Shown piece after piece: positions 41,201-50,189 of a stretch of 64,000 nucleotides of DNA. Made by a program: the position numbers and the translations under genes. Where the stretch lies: positions 5,676 through 69,675 of the forward strand of contig CAMCYK010000002.1 in NCBI GenBank assembly GCA_945883695.1. The letters are read 5' to 3'. The notes under the pieces are model-generated. The model made no database searches. It saw only the letters and a program-made list of their open reading frames with translations, and was not told where the DNA came from. The stretch is from Akkermansia muciniphila (GTDB taxonomy: Bacteria > Verrucomicrobiota > Verrucomicrobiia > Verrucomicrobiales > Akkermansiaceae). The stretch's first letter is position 1; each line of letters starts with the position of its first letter.

Positions 41201-43604
41201 CTGTGAAATTCAGGATGCTGCCGGCACCGCGGTTGATCGCTTTCAGATCCAGCGTCATCGTGCCGGCTCCGCTGCTCGTGAGGGTGATCTTCGATGACGT
41301 GCCCGCGGTCAGGGTCGTCGAGGCGAAGGTCTGCGAGCTGGTCACGTCAAACTTTGCCGTGAGACTCAGGGTGCCGCCGCCAAGCGTGAGTACGTTGGCG
41401 GGGTTAAAGAGATCGGTCGGCGGGGCGAGGTTGGCGAAATCCCCGAGGATCGTGCCACCATTGAGGATGAGTCCTCCGGTGAAGGTGTGAACCGCCGCGC
41501 TGTTGAGCACCTGGGTGCCGCCGCCATTCTTGGTGAGCGTCATGCCCGGCACGCCGTCGGGAATCACGCCGCCGTAGGTGAAGGTGGATCCGGTCTGCGG
41601 ATTGAGGGTGACGGAGCTGCCATTGAAGCCGGGGATGACGCTGGCGAGGTCGACCGGGCCGCTCAGTCCCCCGAGGATCGGAGTGGTGAAGCCGCTCAAG
41701 ACCACGGTGCCCGCGCCGGTGGTGACGAGCGCGCTGTTCTGGAGAGCGCGTTCATTCGTCAGCCTGAGCACGCCCGCGCTGACGGTGGTGGTGCCGGTGA
41801 AGGTGTTGGGGGCACTGAGCGTGGTGGTGCCGGTACCGGCTTGCGTGAAGGACCCGGTCCCGATGATCGGAGCGCTGCTGAAGTCCGTGCCTTGCGTCAC
41901 CGCGTTGTTGCGGTTGATCGTCAGGTCGCCGTTGTTCTGGATCACGCTGTCCGCGGAGAGCGCGCCGGTGGCGCCGCCATTGCCGAGCTGCAAGGTCCCG
42001 CCGCTGATGACCGTGCGGCCGGTGTAGGTGTTGTTCTTATCGAGGATGAGGGTGTTCGAGCCGAGCTTGGCCAGGCCGAGGACATTGGCCCCGCCATTGG
42101 TGTCGGCGATGACGCTGTCGTAAAGGAACTCGCCGCCGGTCGTATCGAGTCCGAGTCTCGATCCGGAACTGAACCCGTTGGTCGGCGAATTCGACAATCC
42201 CAGAAGGCTGATGATATCCGCTTTTTCAAACTCCCCGACACCCCCGACGCCGAGGGCCAGGGTGGCACCGGTGCTCACGTTGATATTCGCGTTGGTCCAG
42301 GGCGCGGCGGCTCCATCGTTGTAAAGCGAGACGGGACTGATGAAGAGCAGGGTTCCCCCGCTCACCAGCGTGTTGCCGGTGTAGGTGTTGGTGCCGCCGA
42401 GGATCCACGTGCCGGCGCCGCCCTTGGTGACCGCCAGCGTGCCGACGCCGCCATTGGCGATGTCGCTGGAAATCGTGTTCGAGCCGGTGTTCGAGCCGGT
42501 GAGGGTGAGGGTCTTGGTGCCGGCGGTCGAGGCGGTGATCCCGCCGGTGGCGTAGGTGGCCACCTGCGCGCTGGCATCGATGGAGGCATTGCCCGACAGG
42601 GTCAACGCCGAGGTGTAGGTGGACGCGACCAGGTTGGTCAGCATCGAGCCGGAACCAAGGTCGAGGGTGTAGTCCGGGTTGACGCCGGCATTGTTCAACT
42701 CGACCGTGCCGAAGATGGTGCCCGGGCCGGTCCCGCCCGCGGTCTGCGGCTGCGAGTAACGCAGGAAGCTGCCCGCGACCACGCCGCCACCCGAGGCCAG
42801 TTTGGCGAGGCTTTGATCGGCGATGTTCACCGTCAGGCGGCCGGTGCTGAAGAGGTTGATGCCGCTGGTGCTGGTGAAGGTGCCCGCGTTGCTGATCTGG
42901 AGCGTGCCGGCGATCACGCGGGTCGCTCCGGTGTAGGTGTTGGCGGCGGAGAGCGTGGTGACGCCGGGGCCGTTGGCGTTGACGGCGAGGGCGACGGTCC
43001 CACCCGCTCCGCCGTCGCCGATGATACCACCCAGATTGACCGCGGCGCCCATCGTGCTGACGGTGAGCGTCTGGCTACCCGAGGTCGCCGCGCCGCTGAT
43101 AGTGGCGGTGGCGTTGAAAGTCTGGGTCTGGTTCCCGATGTTGGTGATGCCGATGGCGGTGGCCGCGCTGTTGAGGATGATCGGGGTGTTGATGGTATTC
43201 ACCACATTGCCATGGAACAAGCCGGAGCCCGCCGTGGCATTGCCAAGATCGATGGCGACACCACCCGAAAGCGTGGTTGCCGTGTTAAAAGTAATGGTGC
43301 GGGCCAATTGCGTGCCGGAAACGGTGATCGTACCCGCTGACATGCCGGTGGAACTGAATGTGAGATCATCGGCATTGGTCGTCGTTACTTCGGCGGTGGC
43401 AAGGTTGCCTGCAAGGACCGTTGTCCAGTTCGCCGCTGAACCGGCAGTCCAGGTGCCGGTACCCGCCACGGCCGGTGTGGCCGTCGCTCCGTTGATATCC
43501 CACCACAGGTTGACCGCCTTCGCGGACGTCGCGGCTAGCAGCGCGGCGAGGGCCATGGCGAGGGGCAGGGAGAGGCGGGCGGCGGACAGAATGCGTGGTT
43601 TCAT
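38292..43604 (-). CDS. Secreted autotransporter-associated beta-strand repeat protein (no beta-barrel)
   Basis: Signal peptide MKPRILSAARLSLPLAMALAALLA; about ten K.G.GT..LSGxNTYTG.T.I..G.L repeats; ends FIRLEVSKVP. Confidence 0.85.
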   Translation of the reverse strand: MKPRILSAARLSLPLAMALAALLAATSAKAVNLWWDINGATATPAVAGTGTWTAGSAANWTTVLAGNLATAEVTTTNADDLTFSSTGMSAGTITVSGTQLARTITFNTATTLSGGVAIDLGNATAGSGLFHGNVVNTINTPIILNSAATAIGITNIGNQTQTFNATATISGAATSGSQTLTVSTMGAAVNLGGIIGDGGAGGTVALAVNANGPGVTTLSAANTYTGATRVIAGTLQISNAGTFTSTSGINLFSTGRLTVNIADQSLAKLASGGGVVAGSFLRYSQPQTAGGTGPGTIFGTVELNNAGVNPDYTLDLGSGSMLTNLVASTYTSALTLSGNASIDASAQVATYATGGITASTAGTKTLTLTGSNTGSNTISSDIANGGVGTLAVTKGGAGTWILGGTNTYTGNTLVSGGTLLFISPVSLYNDGAAAPWTNANINVSTGATLALGVGGVGEFEKADIISLLGLSNSPTNGFSSGSRLGLDTTGGEFLYDSVIADTNGGANVLGLAKLGSNTLILDKNNTYTGRTVISGGTLQLGNGGATGALSADSVIQNNGDLTINRNNAVTQGTDFSSAPIIGTGSFTQAGTGTTTLSAPNTFTGTTTVSAGVLRLTNERALQNSALVTTGAGTVVLSGFTTPILGGLSGPVDLASVIPGFNGSSVTLNPQTGSTFTYGGVIPDGVPGMTLTKNGGGTQVLNSAAVHTFTGGLILNGGTILGDFANLAPPTDLFNPANVLTLGGGTLSLTAKFDVTSSQTFASTTLTAGTSSKITLTSSGAGTMTLDLKAINRGAGSILNFTAIPDTASRFALTTEANTNGILGTWATVGSTTTLQYAANNGSGQIVGLGATGTTAATAATAGTLANVTSDTTNYSYAAAATVGGSLTGNTLRYTGAASTTALGTNGLTLNGLMHAGTGALTLSGTAANPGLVIGASGELDIVSNAQTLNLNSVISGTGTVVFNSAGTISLGVTNFTNTYVGSTVINGGSVSFLAAATPTTFFGIGPVTVNAGATLALGRTTLANPITLNSATVTAGNSFTSILNGPLTLGGISTVNVTGNLTINGDIDGTGGLIKLGGATVPVTGVNNSYTGTTTILGGALRFKSSLYSNNEALWTPANITVGSGAALVLNVGGGGEFTIEQVDTLFSSLATGVNNNGLLAGSLRGVDTSGGGAGSISEYASVLADSTGPGGGPVGIKHFGVGTLLLSGNNTYTGQTITDNNGILSVSSLNSVFTNPSLGTVHAASSSLGAPTTVANGTILLGQTTFQGGGLKYTGTGETTDRVINLGGANGTTYTFDQSGTGLLKFISPFTITDNRGAKTIVLQGSTDGTGEIASVILNGDVANPNRLTKSGTGIWTLSGANLYRGVTTVSGGVLMLAHPNALNGGIGATGGLGNLTFNGGVIGLPLGDFTRPLNTAATAGATTFTGAGGWAAYGADRLVNLGGASASIPWATANTGFNGRTIILGNATANHMVTLQNPLDLGTAARTVQVDDGAAPIDGTLSGVLSSGTGGGLTKTGAGTLALTAANDYTGGTTVAAGTLVVSATGSIATSSSISLGTTAVLDITSQPLTLPATVAFSLDPVDAGSSGRINAAALDITNAVVTLTATAPLDDAVYILANYSSLTGTRFASVSPLTGPLAGYSINYAYNGGTQIALVPATGYELWAGFNAGGEGFDLDFDKDGVPNGVEYFMGQTGSTFTPNPSIVDGKVTWPYDATATGITYRVVSSTGLGTWDPVVPQPVPSGGTLEYTLPTGEPRLFIRLEVSKVP

Positions 43605-43768
43605 GGGGAGTGGTACGTTCCAGGTCGGGGTTCGTGGGCCTGCAGGTTGACGACGAAGGGAACAATCATTGCCGGTTCCATCGTACAGCCCGGATGATGC
43701 AAGCAGGTGGAAGGCCGGACGCGAGAATTACTTTCGGAACAACTGGGCCAGCGGGCGAAGCAGTTTGA
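43605..43768 (-). promoter_or_regulatory. Conserved upstream region, copy 1 (shared with 49603-49767)
   Basis: Aligns over ~165 nt with copy 2, with identical blocks gtcggggttcgtgggcctgcagg, ccggacgcgagaatt, aactgggccagcgggcgaagcagtttga. Confidence 0.65.
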
Positions 43769-43883
43769 AAGTGCCCGTCAGGGTCAGCGGTCCGTTGAGG
43801 TTGGCGGAGAAGCTGTTGCCGTTCACCACGATCGCCCCGTTGAAGGTGAAAGCGGTCGTCAGGTTGTTGTTGCCGTTCAGGTT
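43769..43883 (-). repeat. Intergenic 115-nt copy of internal segment 36035-36149 of the esterase-bearing gene
   Basis: Direct comparison: 111/115 identical, same orientation; no start or own gene context. Confidence 0.9.
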
Positions 43884-44001
43884 TGACGGTTTCACCGGAC
43901 GCACCAGGAGCGCCGGCGACCCATTCATCTCTGGCGAAGCCGCTGGCCAGGGATGACCAACGGCGGCCACCGGGCGCGAAGCCGCGACCGGGACACCGGT
44001 C

Positions 44002-47000
44002 TTACGGTGTTTCGCTCGCCTTGGCGCGAAGGAAGGTTCTGGGAACGGTCGTCACCGTGTCCGGTGCCCGGAAGGTCCGGTAGGTCCAATCCGCGAAAGT
44101 ATCTCCGTTGATGTCGGACAGCGCCGGCAGGCCGGCCTGGATGGCGGTCGCATCCGGACCGGTGACTTCCCCGATGACGTTGGCGAAGGTGCCAAGATCC
44201 AGACTCCCCTCGACGCGGTAGTAGATGCCGTCGATCAGCACGGAAAGCTGGTCGCCGTCATCATTCGCAAAGGTGGCTCCGCTGCGGACCGGAAGGGTCA
44301 GGGTCATGACCGGATTGCCTCCGACCGTTCCGATCTTGCCGACGATCTTGCCGTCGTTGGCACCCGAGAGCGGGTTGCCATCGAAAGCGAACTCGTCGAG
44401 GTTGGTGAGGCCGTCGCCATCCGGATCGTCGCCCTTGCCGTTTTCGAAGCCCGCGGCGCCGGTCAGACCTTTGGCAGTCGCCCAGGCCGGGAAAGGATCA
44501 ATTGAGACCAAGGTGAGGGTGCCTGTGGCTTCATCGAAGGTGTAGATCTTCGAACTTCCGGTCTTCACCCATTTGTCGCCGCCGGCGTCGGTGAAGCCGC
44601 TGACGGTGAAACTGGCACTGTAGGCACCGCCAAGCGACGGCACGTTTTCCAGAATCCAAGTGCCGCTTTGCAGCGAGTCAGCGGCGGTGGTGTCGATGAC
44701 GAAATCGCCCGCGAGCGTGACCGTTCCCGCGCCGCTGATGCTGTTGTTGATGCCGGAGGCACCGAGGACGAACTTGAGCTGGGCATTGTCGGCCAGCGCG
44801 AGGGAACCCGCGTTGACTACGGTATCTCCCGTGTAGGTGTTCGCGCCGGAAAGGGTGATGGCACCCGCGCCGTTCTTGGTCAGCGCGCCGGCACCGAGGG
44901 CAATGACCCCGCCAACGGTCGTTTCCCCCGTGCCGTCCACCGTAAGGTTGCGGTTGCTGGCACCGTCGCGGTCGATGGTGTTGATCGCGAGGGACTTCCC
45001 GGAGTCGATGTTGTTGGTGAGGATCACATCCCCGTTGTTGACGCGGAGGTTGCCGGTCAACGTGATGCTGTTCGCGCCCGAGAACGTGGGGGCGGCACCG
45101 AAATCGCCACTCATGATCACACTGTTGCTGATCGAACGGTTCTCGTTGAGCGCCTGGATGACGGCCGCGGCTGAGTTGAGGTTGAGGTTGCCGCTGGCAA
45201 GGCCGCCATTTGCATTGCTGTCGAGTTGCAGGGTGCCGACGCTGCCGCCAATGGTGGTGGCGCCGGTCGAACTGTTGCTCCCGGAGAGGATCAGCGTTCC
45301 TCCAGTGAGGGTTGTCGCACCGGTGTAGGTGTTGGCACCGGTGAGCTTCCAAGTGCCCTCGCCGGTCTTGGCAAGCGCGACGACACCTGCCGTGGAGTTG
45401 TTCTGGATGACACCCTGAATCTCGTTGGTGGCACCGGTGTAGTCTCCGCCGATCGTCACCGTCCGTGAGACGTTCACACCAAAGGTCGTCGGATTGAAGG
45501 TCGGATTCGCAAAGGTCAGCCCGCCGGATCCGTCGTTCAAAATACTGCCGCCGCCGACCGAATTGGGAGCGGTGGTGGCACCAATCTGGACTTGTTTGTC
45601 CGTGCTGGCGGAGCCGCCGGTGTAGAGGAGCGTGCCATTCGAACCGCTGCCACCCACACCCAGTTGGATCGCCGGGCCAATCCCGAGAGGCTGGGGGGTC
45701 GAGGAGTTCGCGATGGTGCCCACCGACAAAATGCCCCCGGCAATCAGGATGTTGCCCTCGAAGGTGTTGGTTCCCGAAAGGATCCATCTGCCGCCGCCGA
45801 ACTTGCCGATCGCAAATTTGGAGGATCCGCTCGTGTCGCTGATGTTCCCGCTGAGGGTGTTGTCTCCCGAGTTGGAACCACCGAAGTACAACACGCCATA
45901 GTGACTGGTGAGATTGTTCACCACCACGTCCTTCGTGAAGGTGACCGTGCCGCTGCCGTCGTTCAGGAAGATATTCACCGGGTTGGCACCGCCGCCGTCC
46001 ATTCCCTGGCGGTCCGTCGTCCCGAACATGGTGGCGGCGACGACGATCTGGCGGGTGTTGAAGGTGATGTCGGTATCTCCCGTATGGGTGATCAACTGGC
46101 GGTTGCCATTCTTGGCGAAGGTGAAGTTGCCACCGTCGCCGATGCTGTTGAACTTGAAGTGCTCATCACCGGAGCCGGACGCTGAAAGCACGACGTTGCC
46201 GGTGAAGGTGTTCGCCGTGTTGGTGAAATCGAGAATTCCCTGGGCGGCGTTGTTCCCGCTGTTCGGGAGGAACAGGTTGCCGGACCCGGACAGCACGCCG
46301 GTGAATGTCGCCGTGGTGTTGACATTATTGGCGGTGGTGGGGGCTTGCAGGGTCAGCGTCCTGCCGCTGTTGACCACGATGGCGTTCTCGTAGGTGACGC
46401 CGCCCCTCGCATTGATCCGCGAATCGCCGTTGACAGTAACCGCACCCGTGATCGCGCCGAAACTGGAGGCATTGTTGATCGCCACGGTACCGGCATTGAG
46501 AACCGTTCCACCCGTGTAGGTATTGGTGCCGGAAAGGGTGAGCGTGCCCAGACCGGACTTCACCAGGGTCAGGACACCGGCACCGTTGTCGGCGAGCGGT
46601 GCGACCACGTTCAAATTGCCGGTGGTGAGAATGCTCCCGCCGGTATTGATGTAAAGGTTGCCCGAGGTGGTGCCGGGCAGCGTGACCACGCCACCCGTGC
46701 CGGGGGCGATGACCGACGTGACGCCCGACTGGTGAAGGATGCCAGTCGTGCCAAGGTTCGCGCCGGGCCCCAAAAGAATGCCCGGGACGATGGTCGGGGT
46801 TCCAACCGCCGTGAAGGTGGCGGCACTGCCGCCCGGCGTGGTCGAGACTTGGAACGTATTGGCACCATTTCCACCCACATTGATGACGTAATAGGGGAGG
46901 TTGGCCGTGAACCCGGTAGGAATACCCGCAAAGGTGATCGGGTCACCATTGGCCAGGGTATTGCCAACCCGCGTGAAGAAATGGCCGGCCAGCGTGGCAG

Positions 47001-49602
47001 CCGCACCACTGGACAACGTGTCGATTCTCAGACCCGCCATATTGCGGGTCGAGGCAAGACGCTCGGCGGCGGCTGCCCCCGAAGTTCCGCCTGTTGCCGT
47101 GCGAACGGTGTAGGCATTGGCGGCGTCCGTCCATGTGCTTTCCGTCGAGGGGGTCGTGCCGCTCCCGACGACCTGGCCGGCTGCGTTGTACACGGCGTAA
47201 TCCGCGGACCCGGCTCCCGTGCCGTTCGTGTTGAACCAGGGGCCGATGATCTGTCCTTCCGGTGTCGCGCCGCCCACCTTCGAAGTGACCGCAAGCTGGC
47301 TCGTCGTCGTGTTGGGTCCGCCAGTCAGGCTGACGGTGGCGGTGCTGCTGGCCGTACGCGTCAGGTCGGCGAGCGTCAGGATCTGACTACCCAATTGCGT
47401 GTTCGTGTGGTTGAACGTGAGCTGGCCGCGGACCAGATCGACGGCACCGAGGGTCTCCGCGTAACCCACGGCGGCACCCGACGTATTGGTGTAGTTGATC
47501 ACGCCGCCATTGGACGTGACGGGGGCCGTGTCGGAAACACGGTTGATGGCCCCTTCCGTCGCATCGATGTTGGTCAGGGTGAGGGTGCCATTGTTCAGGG
47601 TCAGGCCGCTGCTTGTGGCGATGGAGCCTGTGGTGGAGAGGTTCAGGACGCCCCCGTTGATGATGGTGGCGCCGGTGTAGGCACTGACCCCGGAGAAGAC
47701 CTGGGTGCCGGCACCGGATTTGGTGAGGGTCATGCCGGCCGCGCCATCCGCGATGATGCCCGCGAAGGAAAAGGTGCTGCCCGACTGCGGGTTGAGGGTC
47801 AGGTTGGTGACGGTGTTGTAACCGGGGAGGACCGTGGCGAGATCCGTGGTGCCGCTGACGCCGCCGAAGGTCGGCAAGGTGACCCCCGCGCCAAGCGTGA
47901 CCGTGCCCGTGCCGCTGGTGGAGAGGCCGCTGTTCTGGAGCGCGAGGGCATTGTCCAGTTGCAGCACGCCGCTGCTGACGGTGGTGATGCCGGTGAAGGT
48001 GTTGGCGGCGGTCAGCACGGTGGTGCCGCCTCCCGCCTGGGTGAAACCGCCCGCTCCCGTGATGGGTGCGGCGTTGAAGTCCGTGCCCTGGGTGACGGTG
48101 TTGCTTCGGTCGATGACGAAGGTCGCCCCCGACGCCACGGTGATGGGGCTGCTGATGCTGAGCGTGCCGCCCGTGCCGCCGCCGCCGAGCTGGAGCGTGC
48201 CGGCGCTGACGGTGGTCGGGCCGGTGTAGGTGTTGGCCAGATCGAGCACCAGAGTGCCGCTGCCGAGCTTGGTCAGGCCGGTCACGCCGCCAAAGGCACC
48301 GGTGGAGTTGGCGAACGCGGCGGTTGGAGTGAAACTGCCGCCGGCATTGGTCGTGTCGATGCCGACGAAGGCACCCGCCTGCAAACCTTGGGCAGCGGTG
48401 TTGGCCACCGAGAGGTTGGTGAGCACGGTGTTCAGGTTGGTCCCGCTGAAGCCACTGGCTCCCAGGGGATCCACGCCGAGGGCGAGCGTGGTGCCGCCTT
48501 TCACATTGATGTTGGCGGCCGTCCAGCTCCCGGTGCTGCCATTGTAGAGCGAAGCTTCCGTGGCAAACACCAGCGTGCCGCCCAGCACGGTCGTCGCGCC
48601 ACTGTAGGTGTTGGCAGCGGAAAGGGTGAGGGTGCCGATGTTGTCCTTGGTCAGGGTGCCGCTGCCGGTGGTGATGCCAGTGGTGGAGATGGTGGTGTTG
48701 CCCAAGCCGCCGATGGTGAGATTCAGGTCCGTGCCCGTGATGCCGCCGGTGAGGGTCAGGGTGGTGTTGAAGGTATCGGAATTGATACGGCTGGCCGTGC
48801 CGAGGGTGATGGCACCCCCGAACGTGTTGTTGCCGCTGATGTTGCGCAGGGCACCGGAGGGGGTGAAGCCGCTGCCGCTCAGGGAGCTGGTGGTTGTTGA
48901 AATGCCCTCGCCGCTCAGCGCAAGCGCCTCGGCGCCAACGGTGATGTTGTTCTGGATTTGCAGCACCGCGCCGGAGGCGACGGTGGTTCCGCCTGCCACC
49001 CCGCCCAGGGCGGTGGCGTTCTGGATGTTGACCACCCCCGTGCTGATGGTGGTGAGGCCGTCGTAGGAGTTGGCGCCGGAGAGGTTGAGAACGCCGGCAC
49101 CGCTCTTGGTGAGGGTGCGGGCACCTCCCGTTTCGCTCACGCCACCGGTAGAAAGAGTGATTGCGCCAGCGGCGGAAACGGCAAGGTTATCGGCCAAAAT
49201 AATCGGGGCGGAAATGACGTCGATCTGGGTGCCGGTTTCATTGATCTGGGCTCCGCTGCCACTGTTGTTGAAGGTCAGGGTGCCACCTCCGCTGGCAGCA
49301 AGGGTGAACACGTGGGTGTTGTTGGAGTCGCCGATGTTAAGAGTGCCCGCCGTGCGGCCTGTGGTGTCGATGGTGACGGCACGGGCGGCGCTGATGTTAT
49401 TATGGAGGCCGATGACATCACCCGCGACCGTACCGGGCACCGTGGGGTTGGAGGACCAACTGGCGGCAGAGCTCCAGTTGCCAGCGGCGTCGACGTTCCA
49501 GTTGCCGTTGGCGGCATGGACGGAATGCGCGGCAAGCAGCGCCGCGAGGGCCATGGCGAGGGGCAGGGAGAGGCGGGCGGCGGACAGAAGGCGTGGTTTC
49601 AT
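44002..49602 (-). CDS. Secreted autotransporter-associated beta-strand repeat protein (tandem paralogue of 38292-43604)
   Basis: Near-identical signal peptide MKPRLLSAARLSLPLAMALAALLA; shared VTQGTDF..API.G.G.FTQAG module; ends FLRAKASETP. Confidence 0.85.
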   Translation of the reverse strand: MKPRLLSAARLSLPLAMALAALLAAHSVHAANGNWNVDAAGNWSSAASWSSNPTVPGTVAGDVIGLHNNISAARAVTIDTTGRTAGTLNIGDSNNTHVFTLAASGGGTLTFNNSGSGAQINETGTQIDVISAPIILADNLAVSAAGAITLSTGGVSETGGARTLTKSGAGVLNLSGANSYDGLTTISTGVVNIQNATALGGVAGGTTVASGAVLQIQNNITVGAEALALSGEGISTTTSSLSGSGFTPSGALRNISGNNTFGGAITLGTASRINSDTFNTTLTLTGGITGTDLNLTIGGLGNTTISTTGITTGSGTLTKDNIGTLTLSAANTYSGATTVLGGTLVFATEASLYNGSTGSWTAANINVKGGTTLALGVDPLGASGFSGTNLNTVLTNLSVANTAAQGLQAGAFVGIDTTNAGGSFTPTAAFANSTGAFGGVTGLTKLGSGTLVLDLANTYTGPTTVSAGTLQLGGGGTGGTLSISSPITVASGATFVIDRSNTVTQGTDFNAAPITGAGGFTQAGGGTTVLTAANTFTGITTVSSGVLQLDNALALQNSGLSTSGTGTVTLGAGVTLPTFGGVSGTTDLATVLPGYNTVTNLTLNPQSGSTFSFAGIIADGAAGMTLTKSGAGTQVFSGVSAYTGATIINGGVLNLSTTGSIATSSGLTLNNGTLTLTNIDATEGAINRVSDTAPVTSNGGVINYTNTSGAAVGYAETLGAVDLVRGQLTFNHTNTQLGSQILTLADLTRTASSTATVSLTGGPNTTTSQLAVTSKVGGATPEGQIIGPWFNTNGTGAGSADYAVYNAAGQVVGSGTTPSTESTWTDAANAYTVRTATGGTSGAAAAERLASTRNMAGLRIDTLSSGAAATLAGHFFTRVGNTLANGDPITFAGIPTGFTANLPYYVINVGGNGANTFQVSTTPGGSAATFTAVGTPTIVPGILLGPGANLGTTGILHQSGVTSVIAPGTGGVVTLPGTTSGNLYINTGGSILTTGNLNVVAPLADNGAGVLTLVKSGLGTLTLSGTNTYTGGTVLNAGTVAINNASSFGAITGAVTVNGDSRINARGGVTYENAIVVNSGRTLTLQAPTTANNVNTTATFTGVLSGSGNLFLPNSGNNAAQGILDFTNTANTFTGNVVLSASGSGDEHFKFNSIGDGGNFTFAKNGNRQLITHTGDTDITFNTRQIVVAATMFGTTDRQGMDGGGANPVNIFLNDGSGTVTFTKDVVVNNLTSHYGVLYFGGSNSGDNTLSGNISDTSGSSKFAIGKFGGGRWILSGTNTFEGNILIAGGILSVGTIANSSTPQPLGIGPAIQLGVGGSGSNGTLLYTGGSASTDKQVQIGATTAPNSVGGGSILNDGSGGLTFANPTFNPTTFGVNVSRTVTIGGDYTGATNEIQGVIQNNSTAGVVALAKTGEGTWKLTGANTYTGATTLTGGTLILSGSNSSTGATTIGGSVGTLQLDSNANGGLASGNLNLNSAAAVIQALNENRSISNSVIMSGDFGAAPTFSGANSITLTGNLRVNNGDVILTNNIDSGKSLAINTIDRDGASNRNLTVDGTGETTVGGVIALGAGALTKNGAGAITLSGANTYTGDTVVNAGSLALADNAQLKFVLGASGINNSISGAGTVTLAGDFVIDTTAADSLQSGTWILENVPSLGGAYSASFTVSGFTDAGGDKWVKTGSSKIYTFDEATGTLTLVSIDPFPAWATAKGLTGAAGFENGKGDDPDGDGLTNLDEFAFDGNPLSGANDGKIVGKIGTVGGNPVMTLTLPVRSGATFANDDGDQLSVLIDGIYYRVEGSLDLGTFANVIGEVTGPDATAIQAGLPALSDINGDTFADWTYRTFRAPDTVTTVPRTFLRAKASETP

Positions 49603-49767
49603 GGGGAGTGGTATTTACGAAGTCGGGGTTCGTGGGCCTGCAGGCGGAAGGCAAAAGGAGCAATGGTTCGAGGTTCCATTCCACGGGCCGGAAGATCCAA
49701 GCAGATGAAAGACCGGACGCGAGAATTTCTTTCACAAAAACTGGGCCAGCGGGCGAAGCAGTTTGAT
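49603..49767 (-). promoter_or_regulatory. Conserved upstream region, copy 2
   Basis: See 43605-43768. Confidence 0.65.
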
Positions 49768-49885
49768 CCCTGCCCCCCCCTGGAGCGCGGAGGACGCCGG
49801 CGCCGTGAGGGTCCCGGCTTCACCTCCTCCCCCGGTGACGCGCTTTCCCGCTGGGAATCGCCGATTCCCCGCGTAAAATCCCACC

Positions 49886-50158
49886 ATGCCCAGCAAGAAG
49901 GAACTCCTCGACCTCCATTTCATGGACGCGCGCTGCAAGCTGATCGACCTCGCGGCGTTCCTCGACCGCCTCGAACGCCACCCCGGCGAGGCCGATTTCC
50001 GCTTCGAAGGCTTCAAAAAGGCCCTGCCGATCCTGCTCTCCGACCAACCCGGCCGCGCCAAGGCCGTCCTCGAATCCCTCTCCGACCATTCCACCGCACC
50101 CGCCGACAAAGCCACCTTCCAAGGTGCCTTCGGCGCGCCCGGTGCCTTCCAGTCTTGA
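49886..50158 (+). CDS. Small conserved-looking hypothetical protein
   Basis: 90 aa, host-like codon usage, helical FMDARCKLIDLAAFLDR; operon-like spacing to the TatD gene. Confidence 0.7.
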   Translation: MPSKKELLDLHFMDARCKLIDLAAFLDRLERHPGEADFRFEGFKKALPILLSDQPGRAKAVLESLSDHSTAPADKATFQGAFGAPGAFQS

Positions 50159-50186
50159 GTCTTGCGTCTTCAAGTCTTCCGTCTTC
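50151..50186. repeat. 7-nt periodic repeat (GTCTT core x5)
   Basis: GTCTT at 50152, 50159, 50166, 50174, 50181, just before the TatD ATG. Confidence 0.7.
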
Positions 50187-50189
50187 CCC

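Noticed and set aside
36035-43883. Diversity-generating retroelement TR/VR pair for the 115-nt repeat
   Set aside because: Mismatches (A/C, C/T, C/T, G/C on the coding strand) are not adenine-specific, the target is mid-gene, and there is no reverse transcriptase in the window.
11170-48900. Long plus-strand ORFs (e.g. 11170-13305, 18403-21228, 36288-38048, 46345-48900) and alternate-frame ORFs
   Set aside because: Shadow ORFs of high-GC genes; no motifs, fully overlapping well-supported minus-strand CDSs.
13606-49602. Classical type V autotransporters
   Set aside because: No ~300-aa C-terminal barrel or terminal aromatic residue; all five end in Pro.
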